Both the position numbers and the translations under genes were made by a program. This document shows positions 36,776-49,450 of a DNA stretch of 64,000 nucleotides, piece by piece. The DNA is from Heteronotia binoei (Eukaryota). The stretch lies in the NCBI RefSeq assembly GCF_032191835.1, contig NC_083234.1:17670001-17734000 (forward strand), read 5' to 3'. The notes beneath the pieces are model-generated. The model ran no database searches, was not told the origin of the DNA, and worked only from the letters and a program-made list of their open reading frames with translations. Each line of letters opens with the position of its first letter. Positions within the stretch are counted from its first letter, which is position 1.

Positions 36776-37411
36776 CAGGGGTGTGGAACCTTTTTTTCTG
36801 CCAAGGGCCATATGGATATTTATAATATAATTCACGGGCCGTAAAAAATCATCAACTTTAAAAACAGTGCTCTGCTGAGGGAGAATGATTCAGGCCAACA
36901 AAATTAATGCAAATAATTGTTTTTCTATTTGAAGTCATGTGGGAAGAACCTAATCCGGCACACACACACACCCGGCCCACCACCCTAGGCAAATGCATAG
37001 GTCCAGGGCTTTTTTGTAGAAAAAGCCCATCAGGAACTCAGTAGCATATTAGACCACATCCCCTAATATTAGCATATTAGGTCACACACTTATTAGCATA
37101 TTAGGCCACAGCATCTGCGATAATGAAGTGCAAACTGAACTGTGACAGTAGCTTTTCCAGGCCCAGCAGCAATTCTGGCTGGCCAGCCAGGCCCCAGGGA
37201 GGCTGCTGCACAGTACATCTGGGCCATGTGATTCCTGCCTGGCCCTGGGGAGGCTGCTGCACAGCGCAGCTGGGCTCCACGACCCTCGCTGGCCAGCCAG
37301 GCCCCAGGTAGGCTGCCACATGGCTTGGTTCAGCCCAGCAATCCCCGAGGGCCACACCAAGTGACCTCGAGGGCCGTATACAGCCCTCAGGATGGAGGTT
37401 TCCCACCCCTG
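36776..37411. mobile_element. hAT-Charlie non-autonomous element with a family A fragment inside
   Basis: TIRs caggggtgtggaacct / aggtttcccacccctg; perfect TSD ttctagag (NTCTAGAN). Confidence 0.85.
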
Positions 37412-39649
37412 TTCTAGAGATTCCTACAAGCAATAAATTGTGGCCAAAGAATGCAGCTTTAACGAATGAAAATATCCCTCACCCGCCCAGTAAGCTTTAT
37501 GAGAAAGAAAAGTCTACTTCACAAGGCTAGCAGACTGTCCAGGAAACCAGACTGGAGTGCAGGGTTTTTCTATAGCTTGCACACAGCTTAGAAGTTTGTC
37601 CTCTCCCTTGTGAGGCCTCTTCACTCCTGAGCTGTCTTCTGTGCGTGAAGTTGTTCTCCCTTTTCCATCCAAAGCCACCATCTTCCAGTCTTCCAAAGTG
37701 CCGTCACGGAAGCTGCCACCGCCCTCTCTCCATAGTTGCCTGCTTCTTATCAACACAGCTCTCCCATCCCAGGTGTTCTACATTTACAATGCTGTGTAGG
37801 ATTTAACCCCTTGCTGTCCTGGAACTGCCATACACATGGAGAAGGGCTGTATGGCTCACCACTTATCTAATTTCCATTACAGCTTCTTCAGTGGATTTGC
37901 ACAGCTTTGACTTTGACTGATTCAGCATGTGTCTGAATGGCTGCTTTACCTTGCAAATCTCTGTTAAAGACTAAATGTGTTTAATGTTAACCTTGGCAGA
38001 GATGCAACATGACATCATGGCTGGAGTAAACTTTGGGAAGGCAGGGGAAGACAAGAGGAAGGATGGATAGGACACATGATCTCACAGCATGCTTTCAGTC
38101 TCTTGTCTGAAAGCAGAATCTTTCCTCAAGGTTCGATTTTTAGTCTTTGGCACCATTTGAATCCACAGCTGAACTTAGAGGGAAGACTGGAGGGAGCCCC
38201 ATTCTGAGTTCTGATTTCCCCGTGTGCTCCCCCCCCCCCCCCCCGGTCCGTCTGGACTGAGGGCTTCCTTGTACAACTTGGTCCAAGTAGCTGTCAGATG
38301 GCGACGGTTTTTGGTGGGCCATTAATCAACTGAGCTCAACTCCATCCAGTGACCTATAAGTGAAAAAGCTCAGTGTCCCGTTACCAATCCCCTGAGCCTC
38401 TGTTGATTACATTTCCTAAGACATGGTGCTAAACTGCATGTATACAAATCAAGTCTTTTCATTCCACTCTGTATCTGAATCTGGGTTATGATGCCACAGT
38501 CTACAGTGGATGACCTTGATAAATGTGTGCTCCTCGGTAGTCGTCAGCTGCCTATAAAGTATGGCACGGAGAGGGGGGCCGTGGGGAGTCACAGTCAAGG
38601 GAAGGCTGCGGCTGGGAATTCACATGCCGAATGCCTCCTGAGCACTGCAGAGAGGGAATGCACAGAACTCCTTTATGGATTTTAATCATTCCGTTTTTAA
38701 TCTTTAATACCTCTGTAGTCTTGGTTTTCCTCTTTCATTTTTGTCCTCGGCAGGCCATCAGAATTGGAGATGTGAAAGAAAAGCAACAGAGAAAACCCTC
38801 TAAAGCCAGAATAATGAGGATTATTTCTTGCCTTTTGACTTGTTTATGTTCCCATCAATCATAACAGCAGAGAAAACCCCAAATCCCTGACAATGATGCC
38901 GTCATTCAATCATTCTCAGTTTGACTCTAAGAATTGCTGATGCTTTTATCTCCCCGCCCATGACTCCACAAAAGGGAACTGGAAAAAGAAAGGAAATAAA
39001 TACAAGGTTTTGGAACAGCTACTGAACCAGAAAGTGAAAGAAAGTTTATCATTTGTTTTCTAGTGTTGCTATCTCTAGAGGTGTTTGGGAGGTTCTGCAA
39101 GATCATTTTATTTGCTAGGGTTTTTCCTGGGGTGTGGGCTTGCATGAGGGGTTTTTTTTTTTTTTTTTTTAAGGAGGAGGGGTTCTTTGGGGGTTTTATT
39201 GCATTTTGTATTTCTTTAAAAATATTTGGATTTGTAAACTGCCCTAAGCTATGAGAAAAGGGGTACATGAATGTTTTCATGAATATAATTTGGCAAATTT
39301 CTGAACACGTTTCAGTTCCAGTTCTATAAAACAGTTCTGAAACCAGAGTGGAATGGGTCCAAGCAATCTCCTTCATTCTGAAGGGGCTCAGCCTGTTTTG
39401 ATAATATGACTAAGGTGGCCAAACAGTATGGTTTTATTGTTACTTCCGGTTAGAGTTTTTGGGGTGGAACCTGGAGAGGGTAGAGCGTGGAGAGAGGAGA
39501 GGCCTCAGAGGGGTATAATGCTTTAAGATCCACCCTCCAGAACAGCTGTTTTCACCAGGAGACCTGATCTCTGTCATCTGGAGATCAGTTGTAATTCCAG
39601 GAGATCTCCAGCCACCACCTGGAGACTGCCAAAAACACACAAACCCTAG

Positions 39650-40570
39650 GTATTGTTACCCCAAATAACAAAATGCATTACACAAAATGTATTCAAAATG
39701 TGTAATAATTAAATCAACAATAATAAAGTCTTGTATATACAGAGTTGTAACAAAATACCCATATGCATTTTTGAACCAGAATGCTGCAAAGAGAGCCAGT
39801 CTGATGTAGCGGTTAAGTGCGCTGACTCTTTATCTGAGAGAACCGGGTTTGGTTCCCCACTCCTCCACTTGCAGCTGCTGGAATGGCCTTGGGTCAGCCA
39901 TGGCTCTCACAGAGGTTGTCCTTGAAAAGGCAGCTTCTGGGAGAGCTCTCTCAGCCCCACCCACTTCACAGGGTGTCTGTCGTGGAGGAAGAAGATAAAG
40001 GAGATTGCAAGCCGCTCTGAGACTCTGATTCAGAGAGAAGGGCGGGATATAAATCTGTAGTTGTCATCTTCTTCAAAGAAGGAAATAATCCCAATGTCCA
40101 AATGTTGAGTACACTGTCCAAGTATCTATTACAAATTCTTCCTATTAGGGTACTGAACCAATATTGGAAGAGATATGTCCCGAATAAGGAGTCGACTAGA
40201 ACCAAAGAATAAATAGCAAATTCAAACACCAAGAATAGTATCAATTTTTACAATAAAATATCCCATTGTGAGACTCACTCAAATCTCCCACACTTAAGTT
40301 TCTTTCAACAATATCCACAATTCATCATTTGCTAACCGGTATTCACCATTCACTAATTCTGGTCAGTGACAAGAAATACATGCTAGGAAATTTAAAGCGT
40401 TAATTACACACAGCTGGTTTCCAAGTTAAAGGCATATGCTCAAATATCAGATTCTTAATGCAGAGTAGAGCATGCTAAATCCAACATGAGGTCATTTTGG
40501 CATAAAGAAATCTCATAAGAAACATGTTAGCTCCAGAGCTAAGTTCAAGCCATAGGGGGATAACGGTATT
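39650..40570 (-). mobile_element. Possible old L1/Tx1 ORF2 3' fragment interrupted by a SINE
   Basis: Minus-strand peptide SSRLLIRDISSNIGSVP**EEFVIDTW weakly resembles the L1 ORF2 end at 7.6 kb; highly decayed. Confidence 0.35.
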
Positions 40571-41913
40571 TAATTTAAATATCCACCTGGAGACTGGCAA
40601 CCCTCGTCCCCTGCTGTGTTTTGTCCCTCGAAAGCTCCTTTCCAGAGCAGCAGTCTTCTAACATATGGCTGAAGGTTCTCCCACTGCCTTTCCTTCTTTA
40701 AAGAGAGAGGTTTTCCCGTTAGCAAGCACTACTTATTATTTTTCCCTTTGGCTCACTGGGTGTCCTACCTGTTGCAGGCCGGTCTTTTGTTTTGAGCAGT
40801 AGTGAGACTCGGGGTTAACAGCAGCTGCAAAGCAAATGGTTTTAAATAACGTGACTGAAAATGGATTCCTCTCTTTAGTGCCTTGAGTTGAAGAGCCTTG
40901 TTGCTGCAGTTATCAGATTTGTTTTTGCCCCCCTTCAATGATGGCATATTTCTCTCTTCTCAGACAAACAGTTTGAGGTAATTATGCCTATTTTACACAT
41001 CCTCTCTCTCTGCCTATTGGCAGTACAAGCATACATGATACAAAGATTGTAGTTTTCCTCAAGATGCTCTGAGAATTGCAGGTTGGTGTGGGTGATGAGA
41101 AGCCTCTAGAGAAGTTTCTCTAGAACTACAATTCCCAGGGTTCCTTGGGGAAGAGGAAATTAAAAAGAAGATGATATTGGATTCATATCCCACCCTATAC
41201 TCTGAATCTCAGAGCGGTTACAATCTCCTTTACCCCCCCCCCCCCAACAGATACCCTGTGAGGTGGGTGGGGCTGAGAGAACTCTTGTAGCAGCTGCCCT
41301 TTCAAGGACAACTCCTAGGAGAGCTATGGCTGACCCAAGGCCATTCCAGCAGGTGCAAGTGGAGGAGTGGGGAATCAAACCGTGTTCTCCCAGGTAAGAG
41401 TCTGCGCACTTAACCACTACACCAAACTGGCTCTCCTTACTATCAGTCCATGTATGACCAGCATGAGCCTGCCCCGGCGGGGAGGGCGGGATATAAATAA
41501 AATTTTGTTGTTGTTGTTGTTGTTATTTTAAATGTGTACAAATCAGGTGGCCAGCCCTGCCCTCCCCAGCCTCCAACACCCAAATCTTCAGGAGTTTCTC
41601 AACCTGGATCTGGTGATACTATGCCCCCATCCATGTTCCCTCTAAGCTGTGGTGAGCAAAAATTCTAATTTGTGAGCTACTGGCATTAAACTTGTGAGCT
41701 ACTTCATAAATTATTTTGCTCTGGGGCCATTTTGCCTGAGCTAAAACTAAAATGTGTGAGCCAGAAGCGAAAAAAACGTGAGCTAGCTCACACTATCTCA
41801 GCTTAGAGGGAACACTGGCTCCCATTCCACGCCAGTAGCCAGGGGGGACCTAGTTACCCTAATTAGTGTGAGCACAATCTCTGGGTTGCTACTTGACAAG
41901 GCATAGTACAGAC

Positions 41914-42095
41914 CTCTCTCTCTCTCTCTCGGCTTGGCTTCGCGAACGAAGATTTAAGAAGGGTGCAATAGTCCACGTTTGCTGCAGGCTCGCTGGTGGC
42001 TGACAAGACCAATGTGGGACAGGCAGGTCCGGCCACAGCGGCTGCAGGGAAAAGTCTGATTTAGGGTTGGTCCTGTAGCAGTGCGATTCTTCCTC
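41914..42095 (-). mobile_element. RTE-clade LINE extreme 3' end with 28-bp TSD
   Basis: RKNRTATGPTLNQTFPCSRCGRTCLSHIGLVSHQRACSKRGLLHPS* then (GA)n tail; TSD at 41886-41913 and 42096-42123. Confidence 0.85.
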
Positions 42096-44252
42096 TTGCT
42101 ACTTGACAAGGCATAGTACAGACCATCACTGTAACAAAATGTGGGTTTTAGTTTCAGCAACCCAGAGTAAGATTAAAAAGAAATAGTAAAAACATTCAGA
42201 TGATAGAGGGAGTTTATAAGAAGGGGGAGGGTTAGAACTGAAAGGGGATTGGACACTGCTTGGCTTGCCTGTGATTGGTCCAGTGGGGAAAGCTATGCGC
42301 CTGATTGGTGCAAGTTTGAAAATTCAAAGGCTGTGTGTCGGTTAGATCAGTTAGAGCAGGGGTGGCCAAACTTGCTTAATATAAGAGCTGCTTAGAAAAA
42401 ATGTCAGATGTTTGAGAGCCGCAAGACATGAATGTCAGTTGTTTGAGAGCCGGGAGGGAGAAGTAGAAAGAAAACAACTTTAACATTAAATGCATTCTTC
42501 CAGCCACTGGCTAGCTTGGCTTGGAGAAGTGATTTAAAGAGATAAACATCTTTTCCAAGCTGGCTGATGGGTTGGTGGGGGCTTTGAGGGCCACACAATA
42601 TGTGTGAAAGAGCCACACGTGGCTCCCGAGCCGTGGTTTGGCCACCCCGGAGTTAGAGAAATGGGGAGTTGAAGAGATGTCAGTGAAGGAAATAGCATCT
42701 TGGAAAGGTTGGTTGAAAAGCCAAGGAAAGTTTATAGGGTAGAATAGAGAAGGAGCAAAAATAGACAAACTGCTTTATTCCTGTCAACAACGGGACATTT
42801 TGGAGGACATTAATTCATAGGGTTGTCCTAAGTTGGAGGCATCTTGATGGCACTTTACACACACACAATCACAGTTTCTACAGGAATGTAATGTTTTTTT
42901 CCACTCCTTTTTTGGCTTAGTTTATGTTACATTTGATTTTTGATTTTGCAGAGTTCTTAGCTATAATAATTACCACACTATATTAGTATTTCCCAAGGTT
43001 TAAGTGCAGATGCCTTGGGGTAAAGGAAAAGAAACCTTCAGTGGTGGCAGTACCTTCACTACAATGTAGGTTATAGCTGGAGCCACTTCAGTGTAGATGA
43101 ACTAATGTACTTCGGGAAGCACTGCTAAACTTGAGACAGGAAGGAATGAGCGCTAAATGTTTGCATTGCCTGGAATTAACATAGGATTGCCAATTCTGGG
43201 TTGGGAAATTCCTGGAGATTTGGGGGTGGAGCCTAGGGAGGGTGGGTTTTAAGAGAGAGGAATAGTAAAGTCCAGGGCTTTTTTTTTGTATCAGAAGCTC
43301 CTTTGCATATTAGGCTACACACCCCTGATGTAGCCAATCCTCCTGGAGCTGACAGTAGACCCTGTACTAAGAGCCCTGTAAACTCTTGGAGGATTGGCTA
43401 CATAAGAGGGGTGTGGCCTAATATGCAAAGGTGTTCCTGCTACAAAAAAAAGCCCTGGTAGAGTCTAATATCATAAGAGTCCACCTTTCAAAGCATTTAT
43501 TGTCTCCAGGGGAAAATTGGGAAAATTTTGCAAATGTTTAGGTTTCTTTCCCATTCTTCTTTTAGGCAAAATCAGATCCTGGCTTTACCCTCCCAGAATA
43601 TGAAAGTTGCTAGTTTTTAATTAACATTATTTGTCTCTCTCAAAGGTCTTTAGAAGTTTAGCCCCCAAAGTGGCCTTCAAAATTTCTGTCAAAAATTTCT
43701 AGAAAGGCAACTTCTAGTGAAATGCACTGGAGTCGCCACCCATCTCTCCTCACTCCCTCTTTAATTTGTATCAGTTTTACCTTGTATCTACCCCTCCTCT
43801 TTGCAGAAAAGACCTTAGAAATGATGTAGGCTTTATTTGCTAACTGCTGAGTGGGGAGAATCTCTCCTTTTCAGGAATAAAAGCAAGTATGTGTTGTTGG
43901 TGAGTGAGAGGAAAGATGGAGTTGTGCACGTACTTGCTGGTCTTGGGAAAAAAATGTGTTTCTGGAGCTTAGTGTAGATAGAGATAAAACGTTTTCAATA
44001 ACTAAAGCTCCCATGTACATGCTAAGTGTTGCTCTAATGGATCTGAAGGAGATAATGAACGCAAGGATAATGGTTTTTGGAGGCCAGGGAGTTATGAATG
44101 TTACTGAATTAACATTTGGGGGTGTGATGGAAACATTACTGACCCCCTTTCCGGCTGGATGCAATGGAAAGAAGGCCACGTGGGTATGCTTAGCTGGCAG
44201 CTGAAAGAGCGGTCAGACTTGAAATTCTGAATGTCCTGCTTCCGTTTTCCAG

Positions 44253-44395
44253 ATCCTGCCCGTGTGGTGAACATGCCACCCATCATATACGTTCCTGTTG
44301 GAATACACGGATACATTCGTTGCCCAGTTGAGGCAGAGCCGCCGGTAACGCTGGTCAAGTGGAACAAAGATGGACGCCCTCTGCATGTTGAAAAG
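44253..44395 (+). CDS. IGSF9B: IGSF9B exon (~8), Ig4 N-half
   Basis: ttttccag|AT...AAG|gtaaag; (Y)PARVVNMPPIIYVPVGIHGYIRCPVEAEPPVTLVKWNKDGRPLHVEK; 143 nt, phase 1-0. Confidence 0.96.
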
Positions 44396-46583
44396 GTAAA
44401 GGAAGTCACGAGGAGGGTTCCTTCCTTTTTAAAGACTCTATGTTAATTATGGTGATTTAAAGCCACATTTCTCATCACATGAGAATACCCTTATATTAGG
44501 TTTAGGTACTCCTTCCTGTAGCTGCCTGTGAGGTCTAGTGGTTAGAGCAGGGGTGGCCAAATTTGCTTAATGTAAGAGCCACACAGAAAAAAACATCAGA
44601 TGCTTGAGAGCCGCAAGACACAAACGTTTGAGGGAGGAGGGAGGGAGGGAGATGTGGAAAGAGAACATCTTTAAATGCATTCTCAAAGCTGCTGGCTTGC
44701 CTTGGAAAAATGATTCAAAGAGAAAAATGCCTTCTCCAGGCTGGCTGATAGGACAGAGGAGGATTTGAGAGCCACACAATATGTGTGAAGAGCCACATAT
44801 GACTCCCAAGCCACAGTTTGGCCACCTGTGGGTTAGAGCGTCAGCCAAGAATCAAGGAGACTCTGGTTTAGATCTCCACCTTTCAGTCAAGCTCACTAGG
44901 TGTCCTTGGGCCAGTCACACTCTCTTAATCCAGCCTACCTCACGGGGTTGTTGTGAAGTCCAAATGGGCTTGTCCTGGACTCCTTAGAGCAAAGGAAAGA
45001 TAACTAACATTTAGATGTCTACCTAGTTCATTTTTATTAATAATAATTGCTTATTAGACTTTGATCTCCCTCTTTTTCTTAGGCGTTTCAGTTGACGGAC
45101 GAACAGGTGTGTTCACACACACTAAATAATATGCTTTGCAACTGGATTTTTACGGTGCAAGAATAGCAAAATCCACTTGCGGTCAGTTGCTGTGTGAATG
45201 CACCCATAGGTCTCTTCACTCTGTGTTCTTTTCACAAGAGCCCCCTGAGACAGGGTTAGGCTGAGAGGCAGAGTAACTGGGCTGATGAGCTTTTGTGGTG
45301 CGTCCTCTGCGGTTGTAGTTTGAGACTCTGACGGCTACACCACACTGACTCTCCGAGCTTGCATTTCCTGGGAGTGCAGGGTAGATATTTTTCAAATAAA
45401 TAAATAAGCTCTGCTCGTAATAGGAATGCTCTCTCGTAATAGGAGCCCAGTGTGCCTCCTCCCCATTCTTCAGTTTAATCAACAGCAATCTTCTCATCTA
45501 AGGCCTTATAGGGAGTTCATTTCTCCTGTCACTGTGGGAGATAAGCATCATTAATCTAACACCAATAGAGCCATAAAGTGTCATCCTGCAGTTGTTGCTA
45601 TATATGGGAATCTGGTGTTTAAAAGATCCTCTTTAACAAGACTCAGTCCTGCGATTCCCTTGATTTTAGAATCTCAGCAAAGACTACATGCTGTTAAATA
45701 TTTAAGAGGAATACTCAATATTTAGAGTTCATTTTAAATATTAACAACTTTTAAGATTATATTCTGAGTGTTTCAAATTGGATTTGTGTACCGGTGTGGC
45801 TTTTGACTTCAGTGGCGGCGGTGGTGCTAATCATGGGCACAATCCAGCCAAGGCTGAGCATTTTGATTTCCATGGGTAAAATTTAAATCTAAGCATATGA
45901 CTAAATGCTGCAACTATAACAGTGGCATTTGACTGAACCTGAGGCTGCAACCCTCCACAAATGAATGTAAGAACAGCCATGCTGGATGAGATCTGTGCTC
46001 AGTCTAGTCCAATTTTCTGTTTCAGTGGCCGACAGGTGGTCTACAAGCAGGGCCCAGCAGCCAAAGCCACTTTCTGTAGTTACCCCTCCCATCGCTAGTA
46101 TTTGGAGGGTTGCTATCTTTGAACTTGGCGCTTCCAATTAGTCATTGTGACTTTGATGGAATTGTCTTCCAAATCCCCCTTATAGTGTTTATCAGCAGAC
46201 CTAGTGGCAGTCAGTTCCCCAAATTAATTACGCTTTGAGTAAATAAATCCTTTCTCTTCTCACCAGGTCTTTGTTCGTAGAAAAAGTCCAGCAGGAACTC
46301 GTTTGCATATTAGGGCATACCCCCTGACACCAAGCCAGCCAGAACTGCGTTCCTGCTCAAAAAAAGCCCTGGTTCTCACAAATGCAGCTACATCATAGAT
46401 CTATAGAGGGGAATTGTGATAAAACATTTAAACAAGAGCAAACAGTACCGCGTCTGTGGGGCTTGCCTCTGTGTTCAGAATTGTACTGCAGTGATGTGTG
46501 CAGATTACTAACAGAGAGATTGTGTGCAGAGTTACTCTAGTCTAAGATAGTTGAAATCAGTGGATTTAGACTGGAATAAAGCT

Positions 46584-46844
46584 GACCGATTTCCCACTAG
46601 CTTTACGCCACTCTCACGCTCCTCTTTGCGGGGCTTCCATCGGATTTCACACTATCTGCCCTGGGGCTACAACTAGCTTCGCCTTTTTTGCGTGGCAAAC
46701 AGAAATGGGTTTTTAGAGGTTTCTGCTTTCTGAGCGAAAAAGACAAAGCTAGTTGCAGCCCCGGGGCGGATAGTGTGAAATCCAATGGAACCCCCGCAGA
46801 GAAGAGGAGCGTGAGAGCGGCACAAGGCTAGTGGGAAATCAGTC
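46584..46844. mobile_element. Long palindromic MITE (~120-bp arms), superfamily unassigned
   Basis: gaccgatttcccactag... / ...ctagtgggaaatcagtc; arms align along their length. Confidence 0.75.
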
Positions 46845-47296
46845 TCTGTTGAGAATTGCAACAAAAAAGAGCCCTTGTTTCTTACTGTGGAGAGAAGTCT
46901 CTTTTCTCCTTTCCTGGCTCCAATGATGGCGCAAGTATCTGGCTCTGAATAAAGAGCTGGTCCAAGCAGACTTCCAACTGTAATTTTTTTTCAGGCTCGT
47001 GGTCCCTTCCTCCCTCCTCCTCCTTCTCCCTCCCCCCCTCTCCCCCACCGCAAACAGGTATACAGAAAGCCTTACATTCTGCTCCCCTCCATTTTATCTG
47101 CACAACAACCCTGAGGGTAGATTAGGCTGAGAGCATATGACTGGCCCACGGTCAGGGCATTTTCAGTTGTGGCAAGTCAATCATGGAAGGCCCTTCTCCT
47201 TGAAGCCAGCCTGGCATCTGTGTTACTTTATTTGAGGCTCCAGGCCAAAACGCTATTTTAGTCTAGATTTCCGTCGATATCTTTTAATGTGTTTTC

Positions 47297-47387
47297 AAAT
47301 TATTTTGTTTAATTTTGTAAGCCGCCTTGTACAGCTTCTTTCCAGGAGGCTGTACAAGGCGGCTTACAAAATTAAACAAAATAATTT
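47297..47387. repeat. Perfect 39-bp inverted repeat with 13-nt loop
   Basis: aaattattttgtttaattttgtaagccgccttgtacagc and its exact reverse complement at 47349-47387. Confidence 0.97.
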
Positions 47388-47416
47388 TTTAAAAAATATC
47401 CCGTCTAGTTGAGTTG

Positions 47417-47632
47417 GGGAGGGACGGTGGCTCAGTGGTAGAGCATCTGCTTGGAAAGCAGAAGGTCCCAGGTTCAATCCCTGGCATCTCCAAAAAAGGG
47501 TCCAGGCAAATAGGTATGAAAAACCTCAGCTTGAGACCCTGGAGAGCCTCTGCCAGTCTGAGAAGACAATACTGACTTTGATGGACCAAGGGTCTGATTT
47601 AGTATAAGGCAGCTTCTTATGTTCATATGTTC
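47417..47632 (+). mobile_element. tRNA-derived SINE (Squam2-like); inverted copy at 58849-59061, others ~3985-4160, 36380-36580
   Basis: A-box gtggctcagtggtagag, B-box ggttcaatccc, tail aggcagcttc(t/a)tatgttc. Confidence 0.8.
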
Positions 47633-49166
47633 AGTTTAATCTTCGTATTATATCAAAATTTAGAAATACAAAGCTTACTGTCAGCAGTGTCTCCACATCT
47701 TCCGTGTTTTAAAGTGTTTGAACTCTTGGTGAAAACTTAGACCCTTGACCAGATCTAGCCCCCTTGTGTGGGGCTGGCACTTAACTGAGGGGAAGAGAAA
47801 ATGGAGACTGTTTGAGAGAGCTGCTTACTTTGAGGTAGGCTCTAGTAGGCTTTAACCAGGGCCGATAATTTGATTTGCTTTCAACAAGTCTTCCTTCCAG
47901 CTGCAATGATAATGGAACTAATTGGCGGTCCTTGCTTTTACATAAGCCTACATATGGCCGTTCAATAGCTGTGGCTGTTGAGTGCTACTGACCTGAGCTA
48001 GATTCAAATCAATGCCAAGAGGAGAAATTGTCCACATCTTGTTAGCAGGGCTCTGTGTCAACATGTTTCCCCGAAGCAATACATCTGTGCCATCCAAGTA
48101 GGCCAGTTAGGATAACTGACCGTCTCCCTGCTGACAGCAATGAAAGGATTGCAAATGCAGTCCAAAATGTTGACAGGGAATTTTTGTGTTTTGCAAGAAA
48201 TCTCCATTCTGTTTGGCACTTCTCAGTGTTCACCTGGTTTTGATGCCTTGCTGCCTACAGCTTGTCAGCTTGGCAAAAAGGTAGGTAGGAGACCAGATTT
48301 TGCAAGCCTGCCGGTTCAGTTACAAGAGCCTTGATTCGATTTTACTTCTCCCTTGAGAGAAACAGAACACAATTCTTTATTTTTGCAACAATTTCTGTTA
48401 CCCTTTCCTGAATCTTTCCTGTAAAAATGGATGCATTTTTCTGTGGTGTTTATGTGTAAAAATGACATGGCAGTGGCCTATAAGAAACAAAGCAATTATT
48501 AATGGCAGTGACAAAACTGAGTAGAACAAAAGACCCATGAGAATTTACTTACTTAACTTCATTTGTACCCTGCCTTTTTCCTCAGAGGGGACCCAAAGTT
48601 GCTTATGTCATGCTCCTCCCCTCCATTTTATGCTGAAAACAACACTGTGAGATAGTTTAGGCTGAGAGTGTGTGACTGACCCAAGGTCACCTAGCAAGTC
48701 AAGGTCACTCATAAAATAAGGATGGAATATACATTTGGGGGAACTGTTATGGCATTTCCAATCAGGGGTGACCAGGTGCCACTTCATAGAAAAAGAGGTG
48801 CCAGAGCTCATTGGCACAACTTATTTGCATAGCTAATTTGCATATGCCACACACTCCTGACAACACCGCAGAGTATAGTAAATTATACCAGCTCAGTATC
48901 TACCGTAAAATGCTTCTTGAATTATAATTGTCATAACAAAACCTTTTAAAATTACTTTTAAAATTACTCTCTCCTGTGTGGCTACAGTGGCAAGATGAAG
49001 ATTCCCATCTGTCTGCTTTATAGGTTTTGGCTCTTTTCCCATTTTTGTGGGGGGAAAATATTAGACAGTTTGTCAGATCTTACAGTTCAGCAAGATTCTC
49101 ACAGGGAGTTTGAACAATGGAGCCCAGAAGCAAGTAATTTTTTTTTGGGGGGGGGGGGTAAGAAAG

Positions 49167-49450
49167 AAAGCCCCGTGGTGCAGACTGTTAAAGCTGCAGT
49201 ACTGCAGTCAGAGCCCTCTGCTCATGACCTGAGTTCGATCCCAGCGGAAGCTGGTTCAGTTAGCTGGCTCAGGTTGACTCAGCCTTCCATCCTTCTGAGG
49301 TCGGTAAAATGAGTACCCAGTTTGCTGGGGGGAAAGTGTTGATGACTGGGGAAGGCAATGGCAAACCACCCTGTAAAAAGTCTTGCCGTGAAAACGTGAA
49401 AGCAACATCCACCCAGAGTCGAAAACGACTGTTGCTTGCACAGGGGACTA
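49167..49450 (+). mobile_element. Sauria SINE (Squam1)
   Basis: tRNA-like head, ggttgactcagccttccatccttc core, BovB-type tail ggggaaggcaatggcaaaccac. Confidence 0.85.

Noticed and set aside
43956-44204. 82-aa ORF before exon 8 as an extra exon
   Set aside because: No Ig-like sequence or convincing splice pair; exons 7 and 8 already join in frame.
47417-47490. tRNA gene
   Set aside because: tRNA-like A/B boxes continue into a SINE body and tail present in several copies.
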